Below, in pieces: positions 48,880-58,303 of a DNA stretch of 64,000 nt. Source of the stretch: an uncultured bacterium (lineage in GTDB: Bacteria; Desulfobacterota_D; UBA1144; Nemesobacterales; UBA2774). The DNA lies in the NCBI GenBank assembly GCA_963825135.1, contig CAWGRW010000009.1:2624001-2688000 (forward strand). The letters run 5' to 3'. A program made the position numbers and the translations under genes. Below the pieces are notes generated by a model. It worked only from the letters and a program-made list of their open reading frames with translations. It did not search any database and had not been told where the DNA came from. The first letter of the stretch is position 1. Every line of letters begins with the position of its first letter.

Positions 48880-49051
48880 CGCTCACCTCCGCGTTATGGG
48901 TATCGGGCAGCCCCGCAGCGCGGAACGGCCTATACTATCATACAGAAATATCTTAAAAGCGCTAATATCTTTAACATGAATTTCACACGCCGCGTTATAC
49001 GCGGGGAACCTTGACAACGGAGCGCGCCTTCGGTTTTCTTTAAACATCGCC

Positions 49052-50592
49052 ATGCCCAGCAGAGGAACAGTATATCTCATAGGCGCGGGACCCGGAGACC
49101 CCGGCCTCCTGACAATCAAGGGGAGAGAAATTCTCGGCTCATCGGACGTCGTCGTGTACGACTACCTTGTCAATCCGGGGCTACTCGATTTCGCCCGGGC
49201 GGGCGCGGAGATAATATACGTCGGGAAAAAGGCCGGAGCTAAGGAGATGTCCCAGGGCGACATCAACAGGCTCCTCATCAGCCGCTCGAAGAAAGGGATG
49301 ACCGTCGCGCGATTAAAGGGCGGAGACCCGTTCATATTCGGGAGGGGCGGAGAGGAAGCGGAGGCGCTCTCCGAAAAGGGCATACCGTTTGAAATAATAC
49401 CCGGAGTGACCTCGGCCTCCGCCGTGCCCGCCTACGCAGGCATTCCCCTCACGCACAGGGACTTTGCCTCGTCCTTCGCCGTAGTCACGGGACACGTCGC
49501 CCCGTCGAAGGAGGAATCGAACATCCCCTGGGGAGCGCTCGCTGACATCGGAACGGTCGTATTCCTCATGGGAGTGAAGAACATCGGAAAAAACATGCGG
49601 AAGCTTATGGATGCGGGGAAGCCTCCCGGCACCCCGGCGGCGGTCATCGCACGCGGGACGTACCCCTCGCAGTCATCCGCGACCGGCACTGTGGGCGACA
49701 TAGCGCGCATCGTTAAGAAAAGAAAGGACATCGCCTCCCCGGCGATAGTCGTCACAGGGGAGGTCGTCAGGTTAAGAGAGGTGATCAACTGGTACGAGAG
49801 CAAACCGCTATTCGGAAAGAGGGTCCTCGTGACCAGGGCCAGGGGGCAGGCGGAGTCCTTCGCCCGGCTGCTCGGGGAACAGGGGGCCGAGGTCATAGAG
49901 TTCCCCGTCATAGAGATAGTCCCTCCCGCTGACTACGCCGGGCTCGACAGGGCTCTCGCAAACGTGAGGGATTACGATTGGATAATATTCACGAGCGTGA
50001 ACGGGGTGGCGAAGTTCTTCGAGAGGCTCGGTGAGTCGGGGAAGGACCTGAGGGAGCTCCACGGCGTAAGGATCGCCGCGATAGGCGAAGTCACCGCCGG
50101 AGAGATAGAAAGAACGGGAATACGCGTCGAGCTCGTGCCGGGGGAATACAGGGCCGAGGGGCTCATAGAAAAGCTCGCCGGAGAAAATGTGAGGGGGAAG
50201 CGGATATTGCTGCCGAGGGCTAAGGAAGCGCGCGACATACTCCCGGCGTCGTTAAGGGAAATGGGCGCGGTCGTGGACGTAGTGACCGCATACGAAACGA
50301 AGAAGCCCGGAAGACGCTCATCGGCGAAAATAAAAAACATGCTCGACAACAATATGATAGACGCCGTCACGTTCACAAGCTCCTCGACCGTGAGGAACTT
50401 CCTCTCGATATTCCCGGGGTTCAGGCAAGTGCGCGGAAAGCCCGCGCTCGCCTGCATCGGCCCCGTCACCGCGAAGACCCTCCGGGACGCCGGGTACAAG
50501 GCTCAAATAACTTCGGGGGAGTTACGGTGGACAGGCTCGCCGAAGAGCTCGCCGTATACTTCGGAAAGAGCAAACCGAAAAAGAAAAAATAG
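49052..50592 (+). CDS. cobA: Uroporphyrinogen-III C-methyltransferase/synthase fusion (CobA-HemD), apparent 1-nt deletion near 50522
   Basis: GAGPGDPGLLT, RLKGGDP.IFGRGGEE, VLVTR, FTSVNGV, FTSSSTV, CIGPVT; second frame ends TVDRLAEELAVYFGKSKPKKKK*. Confidence 0.93.
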
Positions 50593-50663
50593 ACCGCGTA
50601 TCATCGGAGAGTCTCACTCGGACAGCCGATCCATGTAGATACATCCCTTACCAGGAACAGACG

Positions 50664-51386
50664 ATGCCCAGATTCCCTATCGATGAAAAAATCATAGAAG
50701 GCGGCAGAGCGGCCATCACGGGTACCGACTACAGGCACATAGTGAAAGTGCTCCGCTTGAGGCAAGGCGACGCCCTCACTCTCTTCGACGGAAACTCCGT
50801 AGAGTACGAGGGGAGGATTTCGCATGTCGGCAGCAGAGAGGTTATGGTCGAAATCGTTTCCTCGAGAAAGGTCGAGACCGATTCTCCGCTGCGCATAACG
50901 CTCCTTCAGGGGCTCCCCAAGGGGGAAAAGATGGATTACATCGTGGAGAAGGCCACGGAGATCGGCGTACATACAATAGTGCCCGTGGTAACGGAGAGGT
51001 CTCAGGTCAGGACCGCGTATAAAAGGAATAGATGGGAGAGGATAGCGCTCGAAGCTTCCAAACAGTGCGGAAGGACCATGCCCCCCGTAATAGAAAATGC
51101 ATTAAATTATGATGAAGCACTAAAATATAACAATCATAGTGGGTTAGCCATAATACTGCATGCAGGTAGTCAGGTTTCCTTGAAAGATTTTCTAAATAAC
51201 CCTTTACAACATCCCAAGGATATTATAGTATTGATTGGACCGGAAGGTGGATTTTCTGAAAATGAAGTCCTCCTTGCAAGTGAAATGGGTTTTACCTCCC
51301 TGGGTCTGGGTCCCAGGACTCTTAGAACGGAAACGGCAGGAATCGCGTTTCTGTCTATAATCCAGTTTCAACATGGAGACTTGTGA
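50664..51386 (+). CDS. rsmE: 16S rRNA m3U1498 methyltransferase
   Basis: H...VLRL, KATEIGV, EASKQCGR, IGPEGGF, LGPRTLRTETA. Confidence 0.95.
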   Translation: MPRFPIDEKIIEGGRAAITGTDYRHIVKVLRLRQGDALTLFDGNSVEYEGRISHVGSREVMVEIVSSRKVETDSPLRITLLQGLPKGEKMDYIVEKATEIGVHTIVPVVTERSQVRTAYKRNRWERIALEASKQCGRTMPPVIENALNYDEALKYNNHSGLAIILHAGSQVSLKDFLNNPLQHPKDIIVLIGPEGGFSENEVLLASEMGFTSLGLGPRTLRTETAGIAFLSIIQFQHGDL

Positions 51387-52856
51387 TCAAAATCGCAGTC
51401 TCCGTGTAACTTCAATAAGCTCGGCCTTCTTATTTTCCCTCAGTTTTCTATAACCGGCTTCGTCAGCGCCTCCCTCTTCGAACCTGTCGTCGAGCGCTGC
51501 GATCTCCTTTATAAGGGCGCTCCTCTTCTGCATGAGCGCGTCTCTGCTCCCGTTCTTCTTCTCCTCCTCGGTAACCGCGCTCCCTCTCTTCACGCGGGAG
51601 GAATACAGAACTCCCCCGGCGACCGCGAGAACCAGAAGAGCCACGCCGGCCCACTTGATGTATTCACGCCACGCGAGAGGGTTCGTGAAAGTTATTTTTA
51701 TCTTGTGCCCGGGCTCGAGGTCATCGCCCGACCATCTTATGAAATCCTCTTTCTCGATCTGCACGACGTCTCCGCCCGTAAGACCGTCGACCTTGACCTC
51801 GTCGTTGGACTTCGCGACGAGTAGCAGGAATTTCCCCGTCGGATATTCTATCGTCTTCTCGATCGATCCGCTTCCGGAATGGAGCGGCAGCGTATACGCG
51901 AATACGACCCTTTTGGGACCCGGAGGCACGCTCGCCGTGTCGGAGAAACCGGCGGGGGTCTTCACTATGGCTTCGGGATCGAGCCCGTTGATGAAATTTA
52001 AATTCGCGGCGTCCGGGGGAACGCTGAACTTGAGCGTCTCCTTTTTCCCGTCGGCGATATCGACGCTGCCCACGTACATCCTGTCGCCCTTACTTTCGAA
52101 GACCGAGAGGTCCGCGATCGACAGCCCTTCCTCGACGGTCTGCACGATCATATGCCCTTCGCTTACGCTTATGTTCTCGGCGCTGTCCGTGGGCTCATAG
52201 ACGGGGAGATCGAGGGTCTTCGTATCTTCGTCGGGATAAAAAACCATTTTGTCCGTCGAGTACTCCGCGCCGTTATACTCGACCTTGACCATGTAGCTCC
52301 TGTCCCAGGGGAGAGACGCGAACGTGAATCCGCCGTCTTTGGACGTGTCGGAATCGACTGTTCCCGTTTCCTTGTCCCCCATGAACGATGTGAGAGTGAC
52401 TTTGGCGCCCGCGACGGCCACGGAGTTGGTCTTGTCGAGCACCTTTCCGGCAATAGTCCCGCCCCTGCCCGTATCAGCCTTTACCTGCACCTTCAGGAGA
52501 TAATCCGCGATAGCCTGGGCAGCCATCGGATGGACTTCCATCGGAGGCATCGGCGGGTAGCCTTCGTTTACCGGCATCTTCCCCGTCGCCTGATATACGG
52601 ACTGCGGGTTCTCTATCCACTTTATTAATTCATCGCGCGTGTACCTGTCGCCGACGCCCTTGAGGTCGGGCCCTACGAACCTCCCCCTGCCTATCGTATG
52701 GCACCTGACGCAGCGGTTCTCCACGAACTGGTCCCTCCCGATCGTATCCATGTCGTGCGGGTTCTGCGCATAAGCTCCGAGCGCCCCGTTAAAGAATAAA
52801 AGCGCAAGGAACGAAATCAGCATCAGGTACGGACTAGGACGGTCTGGCATTATCAC
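51387..52856 (-). CDS. Cytochrome c + carboxypeptidase-regulatory-like beta domains + TM + CcmI-like helical tail
   Basis: Signal peptide, CVRCH..GPDL, GTIAGKV...G.FTF, TM helix, LIKEIAALDD.FE.G. Confidence 0.8.
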   Translation of the reverse strand: MIMPDRPSPYLMLISFLALLFFNGALGAYAQNPHDMDTIGRDQFVENRCVRCHTIGRGRFVGPDLKGVGDRYTRDELIKWIENPQSVYQATGKMPVNEGYPPMPPMEVHPMAAQAIADYLLKVQVKADTGRGGTIAGKVLDKTNSVAVAGAKVTLTSFMGDKETGTVDSDTSKDGGFTFASLPWDRSYMVKVEYNGAEYSTDKMVFYPDEDTKTLDLPVYEPTDSAENISVSEGHMIVQTVEEGLSIADLSVFESKGDRMYVGSVDIADGKKETLKFSVPPDAANLNFINGLDPEAIVKTPAGFSDTASVPPGPKRVVFAYTLPLHSGSGSIEKTIEYPTGKFLLLVAKSNDEVKVDGLTGGDVVQIEKEDFIRWSGDDLEPGHKIKITFTNPLAWREYIKWAGVALLVLAVAGGVLYSSRVKRGSAVTEEEKKNGSRDALMQKRSALIKEIAALDDRFEEGGADEAGYRKLRENKKAELIEVTRRLRF

Positions 52857-53376
52857 TCTCCGGTAATCTATTCAGCTTCGCGCCGCATTTCGAGCAGAAG
52901 AGGTCTTGAGGGCCCGAGGCGCTCCCGCACTTCGTGCAGAACCTGTCGCCACCTTCGCCCCAGGAAGCCTCCCTCGCCCGCAATATCTCCTTCTCGAGCT
53001 CTTCGTCGTCGTATGACGACAGGTATTTTTTCCTCTCGGCGCGTATCTCCCTCTCCAGGTCGTCGAGGCCGCCGTCAGAGGCCGCACCCCGTGAGAGGCC
53101 GTCGATTTCCTTTAACAGCGCGGCCGCCTCGACCCTGTACTTTCCGTGGAGCTCCTCGAAGTCGTCCCGGGACAGCTTCCCCAGGCCGTAATCGAACTCG
53201 ATGTCCTTTATGGCGGTGAGCAGCGAGTCCTTCCTGGAGTTGAGCTCTCTCGCCTTCTCCGTTCCGGGGTCGGGGAAATACTCCGCTCCGTCCGTCGTCT
53301 TGTGTCTCAAAAAAAACGGGATCGCAATAAATAGTGCAGCCAGCAGGGCTATAACCAAAGCCAGTATGATTTCCAA
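52834..53376 (-). CDS. CcmI-N-like membrane protein with a zinc ribbon
   Basis: N-terminal TM, IKDIEFDY.LGKLS..DF, CTKCG...FCSKCG. Confidence 0.8.
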   Translation of the reverse strand: MEIILALVIALLAALFIAIPFFLRHKTTDGAEYFPDPGTEKARELNSRKDSLLTAIKDIEFDYGLGKLSRDDFEELHGKYRVEAAALLKEIDGLSRGAASDGGLDDLEREIRAERKKYLSSYDDEELEKEILRAREASWGEGGDRFCTKCGSASGPQDLFCSKCGAKLNRLPESDNARPS

Positions 53377-53421
53377 ATTTTTACCTTTGATGAGTTGCGC
53401 CTAAAAAGCGCCACGGAATTT

Positions 53422-55425
53422 TTACACCTTTACGGTCCCGTCTCTGTCGCCAAGACTATACCTGACGAATACCTCTTCGCGCCCTTTCCGCCCGCCCGGC
53501 CACATCGTCACGATGGCCCCGAGCAGGAGCACCAGTCCGCCGCACCATATCCAGCTCACCATCGGGTTCACTATGACCCTCACAGTCGCGTTGCCGTCGC
53601 CGTAGCTCATGAGTATGACGTACAGATCGTCCGTGAGCGTGGACCTCAGCGCGACTTCCGTCTCCTGGTTTATCTCCCTGTTCCCCTCGTACTTATATAC
53701 GTTCTTCTCGGGTGACACCGGCCCTATGGATTTACCGTCCTTGTACCCCTCGAGCTTCGCGACTGTCGCGGTCTTGGCGTCCGTCGTGTACTGGTCCAAC
53801 CCCAGGAACGTGAGCTTATAACCGTCAAGCTCGAGGGACTGTCCCTTGGTGAGGGTCGCCTGCTTCTGCGTCACGAATACGGAGGAGGAAGTGATTCCTA
53901 TCACGATCAGGACGACGCCTATATGTACGATGTAGCCGCCGTACCTCCTCTTGTTCCGGGACACCAGGCGCACAAAAGCGAGAGCGGGGTTCTCGCCCCT
54001 CCCGGTCCTTACGCGGACTCCGCGGAAGAACTCCGTGAAGACCGTCGCGGTGACGAACGCGCAGAGCGAATACGAGAGGACCGCGTACACGACCCTCACG
54101 CCCATAAACAGGAGCACCCCGGCGGTAGCGGCTCCGACCAGCACGGGGACGAGGAAGTTCTTCATAAGATTTTCTTTGGACGCCTTCCTCCACGAGATAA
54201 GCGGACCCACGCCCATGAGGAAAATAAGAACGAGCGCGATCGGGACGTTCACCCTGTTGAAATAGGGCGATCCCACGAGGATCTTATGCCCCGTTATCGC
54301 CTCCGACATGATCGGGAATACCGTCCCCAGGAAAACCGCGAACGCCGCGCCCAGGAAAAGCAGGTTGTTGAATATGAAGGCGCTTTCCCGGGAAAGTATG
54401 GAGTCGAACCTGTTCTCGGAATCGAGGTCCCTCAGCCTGTAGAGGAACATAGCGAACGAAAAGAGCAGTAGGAATGCGATGAAGCCTAAAAAGAGCGGGC
54501 CGATATCGCTCTGCGCGAACGAATGGACGGACGAGATGACGCCCGACCTGGTTATGAACGTGCCGAATATCGCGAGGAAGAACGTGATTATGATGAGCGA
54601 CATGTTCCACTTCTTGAGCATCCCCTTTTTTTCCTGGATCATGACCGAGTGGACGAAGGCCGTCGCTGCGAGCCAGGGCATGAACGCCGCGTTTTCCACC
54701 GGGTCCCACGCCCAGTACCCGCCCCATCCGAGCTCGAGGTATGCCCAGCGCGCGCCCAGGAGGAGCCCCACGCCGAGGAAAGTCCAGGCAAGGAGCGTCC
54801 ACTTCCGGGAGTACCTTATCCATTCGTCCCCGAGCTGGCCGCTCAGAAGCGCCCCCATGCCGAACGCGAACGGCACGCTCACGCCGACGTAGCCCAGATA
54901 AAGTGTGACGGGGTGTATGGCCATGTAGGCGTTCTGGAGTATGGGGTTTAATCCCCTGCCCTCCAGGGGAGCTACGGGGAGGGTCTCGAAGGGGTTCTCG
55001 ACGAAGCCCAGTATGTAAGTGAAAAAGACGCATATCGCCGCGAGCACCGCCACGACGTATGGCGCGAGCTTCCTCGCGCTCGACCGCGTCTGGAGAACTA
55101 CCAGCGCGGAATATATAGACAGTATGAGCGCCCATAGGAGCAGCGAGCCTGCCTGCCCCGCCCAGAGGGATGTGAACCTGTATATGAGCGGAAGGTCGGT
55201 GCTCGTGTTAAGCGCGACGTACTTGAGGCTGAAATCGAGGTTGATCAGCGAATGCAGGAGCGCAGCCGTAGCGATGATGAGAAGAAAGCATACGGCCAGC
55301 ATGCCGTTTCGGGCGCTCCTGATGAAATCGCTCTTCCCGGAGCGCGCGCCGTAAACGGACGCGCATACCACGTAGATGGATATTGCGAACGCAAGGAATA
55401 TGGACAGCTTTCCGGTCTCGACCAT
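53422..55425 (-). CDS. ccmF: Heme lyase CcmF
   Basis: WAGQAGSLLLW, GLNPILQ, IHP, WAY.ELGWGGYWAWDPVENA, SVHSF. Confidence 0.97.
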   Translation of the reverse strand: MVETGKLSIFLAFAISIYVVCASVYGARSGKSDFIRSARNGMLAVCFLLIIATAALLHSLINLDFSLKYVALNTSTDLPLIYRFTSLWAGQAGSLLLWALILSIYSALVVLQTRSSARKLAPYVVAVLAAICVFFTYILGFVENPFETLPVAPLEGRGLNPILQNAYMAIHPVTLYLGYVGVSVPFAFGMGALLSGQLGDEWIRYSRKWTLLAWTFLGVGLLLGARWAYLELGWGGYWAWDPVENAAFMPWLAATAFVHSVMIQEKKGMLKKWNMSLIIITFFLAIFGTFITRSGVISSVHSFAQSDIGPLFLGFIAFLLLFSFAMFLYRLRDLDSENRFDSILSRESAFIFNNLLFLGAAFAVFLGTVFPIMSEAITGHKILVGSPYFNRVNVPIALVLIFLMGVGPLISWRKASKENLMKNFLVPVLVGAATAGVLLFMGVRVVYAVLSYSLCAFVTATVFTEFFRGVRVRTGRGENPALAFVRLVSRNKRRYGGYIVHIGVVLIVIGITSSSVFVTQKQATLTKGQSLELDGYKLTFLGLDQYTTDAKTATVAKLEGYKDGKSIGPVSPEKNVYKYEGNREINQETEVALRSTLTDDLYVILMSYGDGNATVRVIVNPMVSWIWCGGLVLLLGAIVTMWPGGRKGREEVFVRYSLGDRDGTVKV

Positions 55426-55859
55426 CAGTAGGTTTTAACTCCTTTGTTTTCTTTACCGTTGTTATATAGCGCTTCGGTCGATTCGTATTTCGTCGGGCAC
55501 TTCGCGAGGAGCACGTCCGCGGCGAAGACGTTCTTGTCCGTGTATTCGCCCTCGACCACGGCTTCCACGTTGTCCTTGAATATGTCGGGGACGATCCCGC
55601 TGTAGGCGACGTTAATATCCCCGCCCCCGTCCGCGAGGCGAAACGCTATCGACCCGTCCGTACCGTGCTTGATCGAGCCCGGCACGACTTTCCCCGACAC
55701 CCTTATCTTCTCGCCGTAAACGGAGGGGATCTTACTCTTGAGCTCCTTTACCGTGAGGTAATACACCATCGTGTCCTTCACGCCGCCGTAAACGAGATAG
55801 CTTACGGCAAGCGCTATGACCGCGATCGCGATGACAAATTTTATTTTTCCCTTGAGCAT
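55425..55859 (-). CDS. ccmE: Heme chaperone CcmE, CxxxY variant
   Basis: YYLTV.E, RVSG.V.PGS, Y.G.VPD.F, VVEG, LAKCPTKY. Confidence 0.93.
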   Translation of the reverse strand: MLKGKIKFVIAIAVIALAVSYLVYGGVKDTMVYYLTVKELKSKIPSVYGEKIRVSGKVVPGSIKHGTDGSIAFRLADGGGDINVAYSGIVPDIFKDNVEAVVEGEYTDKNVFAADVLLAKCPTKYESTEALYNNGKENKGVKTY

Positions 55860-55909
55860 TCCCTCACCCTTTCATAGTCAAACGCAGCGAAGCTTGCATA
55901 ATGCGGGGT

Positions 55910-56569
55910 CTACGGCCCCTTCCCGGCCGCCGCGAGCTCCCCGGCCAGCCTCTTACGTTTTTCCAGCAGGTAATAAATATATATAATTAGCGCTATCCAG
56001 ACAACCGCGTTCCCCCAGAAGAGGTAATCGAGCCTGAGCGGCTGCATGACGAGCGCCGCGTCGTCGATCCAGACCTTCCCCCTGCCGTCGACGACCAGGC
56101 CGAGCGTCACGCTCTCGGGCCTGACGCCCCTGTCCGAATACAATACCGCCTCTCCGGGCGTCCAGTCCGTATTCCCCGAAGGGGGTATAGCGGGACCGCG
56201 TGAAACGATTTCCCCGCCGCCCGGGTACCGGACCCTCATTTCGAGATACGCTATGCCCTTGGAGTCCCCGTAAGCCGCGAGGCCTTCAGTCCTGAGCATC
56301 GCCTTGTACGCCGCGCGCGTATGCTCGAAGCCCGCGCCGTCCACCTTATAGAGCACGAGGCTTACCGGCCCGGCCGCGTCCACGTATAGAGAGCCGTCCC
56401 CGTCGCTAGTGACCTTCCTGTCGATCACAGGGTTACGGACGGCACTGAATTCACCCGCGTCCGACACAGGGAACCTCAACACGCTTGTCTCCTTCTCGCC
56501 CGACTCGAAACACCCTGCCGCCAGGGATAAAACCGCAATCATCAGCATAAAAGAAAGTCCTGTTTTCAC
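55910..56569 (-). CDS. Lipoprotein with a beta-sandwich domain and a C-terminal CcmD-like helix
   Basis: Lipobox AAGC; C-terminus YLFWGNAVVWIALIIYIYYLLEKRKRL; sits directly upstream of ccmE. Confidence 0.7.
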   Translation of the reverse strand: MKTGLSFMLMIAVLSLAAGCFESGEKETSVLRFPVSDAGEFSAVRNPVIDRKVTSDGDGSLYVDAAGPVSLVLYKVDGAGFEHTRAAYKAMLRTEGLAAYGDSKGIAYLEMRVRYPGGGEIVSRGPAIPPSGNTDWTPGEAVLYSDRGVRPESVTLGLVVDGRGKVWIDDAALVMQPLRLDYLFWGNAVVWIALIIYIYYLLEKRKRLAGELAAAGKGP

Positions 56570-56730
56570 GACTCTATCTATCCGTCTCTCAATCCCGGAA
56601 AAGATACCCGTACGGAGAGAACAATAACAATATCTTTCTCAAGGCCGGAGCGGCCGGCGATATTATTTAGCTATCCTAATTTTCACGGATATCGGATAGG
56701 CGGTCAATGGCTAACTTTAGTAATTAGAAG

Positions 56731-56821
56731 TAATTGCAGGGCGGCCACCGGGGCTCCCGTTTCGTCAAGCCCGGTTCAGTTATAGAGCATGAATAGCGGA
56801 GGACACCCAGCGCCCATGCTT
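56731..56821. ncRNA. Candidate structured RNA (two hairpins), identity unknown
   Basis: TAATTG/CAGTTA, ACCGGGGCT/AGCCCGGT, GAGCATG/CATGCTT and GCG/CGC pairings in a GC-rich island within AT-rich intergenic DNA. Confidence 0.35.
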
Positions 56822-56830
56822 CGACTAAAT

Positions 56831-56860
56831 ATAAAAGGGAGACCGGGGCCTCCCTTTTAT
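56831..56860 (-). terminator. Intrinsic terminator (probably bidirectional)
   Basis: ATAAAAGGGAG...CTCCCTTTTAT inverted repeat just after the IPTL gene stop. Confidence 0.8.
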
Positions 56861-56869
56861 TCTTGAGAG

Positions 56870-58303
56870 TTATGCGGACGCCTTTCTTCTCCGAACGACC
56901 ATTAAGCCTGCTATTCCAAGAAGCCCCGCGGTTATAATGAGCCCCCATTCGCTCATAGTGGGGATGTTGCTCACCTGGACTAACAATTCGTAAGCCCCTA
57001 TGTCGCAGGCCGTCTGCTGAGGCCTCGTGACCCCCCTCTCGTCGGTAAAGGGAGGCGGGCACGCCGGGTCGGCCGTGTCTATCGCCGGGCTTGCGGGCAG
57101 AAGCGCGATAGTCTTCGCAGGCCCGCCGTTGTCCTGTAAGCCATGCGGGTTGAATAGCGGGTCGGTATTCGGTTTGTCTCCGGTGACCGTGCCGTCCACG
57201 CAGCTGCTCCCGTTATCTATGTTGTACCCGAGCGAGACAACATCAATTCCCACAATTGTGCCGCAATTATTGGAGGGGTCGTCCCCCTTTACAATGGAAT
57301 TCGAAATCTCGGTTCCTTCGACTGAACCGGAAACCGCGTCCGCGATCTCTTGACAATTAGCGCCTGTGCACGCGGCTGTGTTCGAGTCAAATGTGCAGAA
57401 GTTGCAGGATACATGGCTCCCTCCCCCGGAGCCTATCGCACCGCCGATCGCGTTGCAATTAACACCATTACACTCCACACGGTTATTGTAGAATGTGCAG
57501 TTCGTGAATTCCGTATTAGATTCGCCTCCGTCCCCAAAGACGCCTCCGATAACCAAAGCATTGCCGCGTGCGTAGTTAGAGTCGAACGTGCAGTTGTTGA
57601 ACTTGAAATCGAGGTCGCCCGCAGCTATTCCTACAACGCCGCCCAGCACCAATCCATCATTCGACTGGGCGAAGTTACGCGTAAAAGTGCTGTCGTTTAC
57701 CTCGATAGTATATTCGCTGGCCCCTGTCCCGAATACGCCCCCAGAGGCGAGTCCGGTGCCCGGCACAACCGTGGAATTATCGGTGAAGGCGCATCTGTTT
57801 ACCACAAGGCTGATGCCGTTGGCCAAATTCGTAATGATTCCGAGACCCAGACTCCCCGAGGTAGTGTTATTCTCGAAGACGCAGTCGTCTAGCTCCACAT
57901 TAGAATTCGCCGATACAAGTAAAATCGCCCCGCCGACTCCTCCGCTCAGAATAGACCCGACACCGTTACCGTCCGTTATCCTGAGGCCGGAAATGGTTAT
58001 GTCCGTACCGCCGCTTATAACGAATATTCTGGTTACATCCCCTCCGCTGACTGTGAGGTGACCGGCCCCCGGCCCATCTATGGTCAGGTCCTTGTCTATC
58101 ACGAGCTCGGTCAGGAGAGATATGGTCCCCGAGACCGAGAAGTTAACGGTCCCTCCGGGGGCGGTATTCGCTATGGCGTCCCTGAGGGAGCCCGGCCCGG
58201 AGTCGCCGAGGCTGGTTACAGTATCGCCGTAAGATGCCGCAGTGATTAGAAAGAATATAAGAAAAGATAAACACAGGGTATAAAAACGCTTATCGCAAGT
58301 CAT
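56870..58303 (-). CDS. Beta-helix surface protein (choice-of-anchor Q-like) with IPTL-CTERM signal
   Basis: DSGPGSLRDAI, F..N/GGAI repeats, DNGG....AL...SPAID, DERG..R....CDIGAYE, IPTMSEWG+TM+RRRK. Confidence 0.9.
   Translation of the reverse strand: MTCDKRFYTLCLSFLIFFLITAASYGDTVTSLGDSGPGSLRDAIANTAPGGTVNFSVSGTISLLTELVIDKDLTIDGPGAGHLTVSGGDVTRIFVISGGTDITISGLRITDGNGVGSILSGGVGGAILLVSANSNVELDDCVFENNTTSGSLGLGIITNLANGISLVVNRCAFTDNSTVVPGTGLASGGVFGTGASEYTIEVNDSTFTRNFAQSNDGLVLGGVVGIAAGDLDFKFNNCTFDSNYARGNALVIGGVFGDGGESNTEFTNCTFYNNRVECNGVNCNAIGGAIGSGGGSHVSCNFCTFDSNTAACTGANCQEIADAVSGSVEGTEISNSIVKGDDPSNNCGTIVGIDVVSLGYNIDNGSSCVDGTVTGDKPNTDPLFNPHGLQDNGGPAKTIALLPASPAIDTADPACPPPFTDERGVTRPQQTACDIGAYELLVQVSNIPTMSEWGLIITAGLLGIAGLMVVRRRKASA

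Noticed and set aside
47782..49014. 410-aa plus-strand ORF and other long antisense ORFs (e.g. 2812-3834, 18585-19505, 20859-21872)
   Set aside because: Antisense to well-supported genes; expected in GC-rich DNA; no motifs
56731..56830. 6S RNA, twister or ZTP riboswitch identity for the structured element
   Set aside because: Too short for 6S; only fragments (AAGCCCGG, TGAACC) match and the full consensus could not be built
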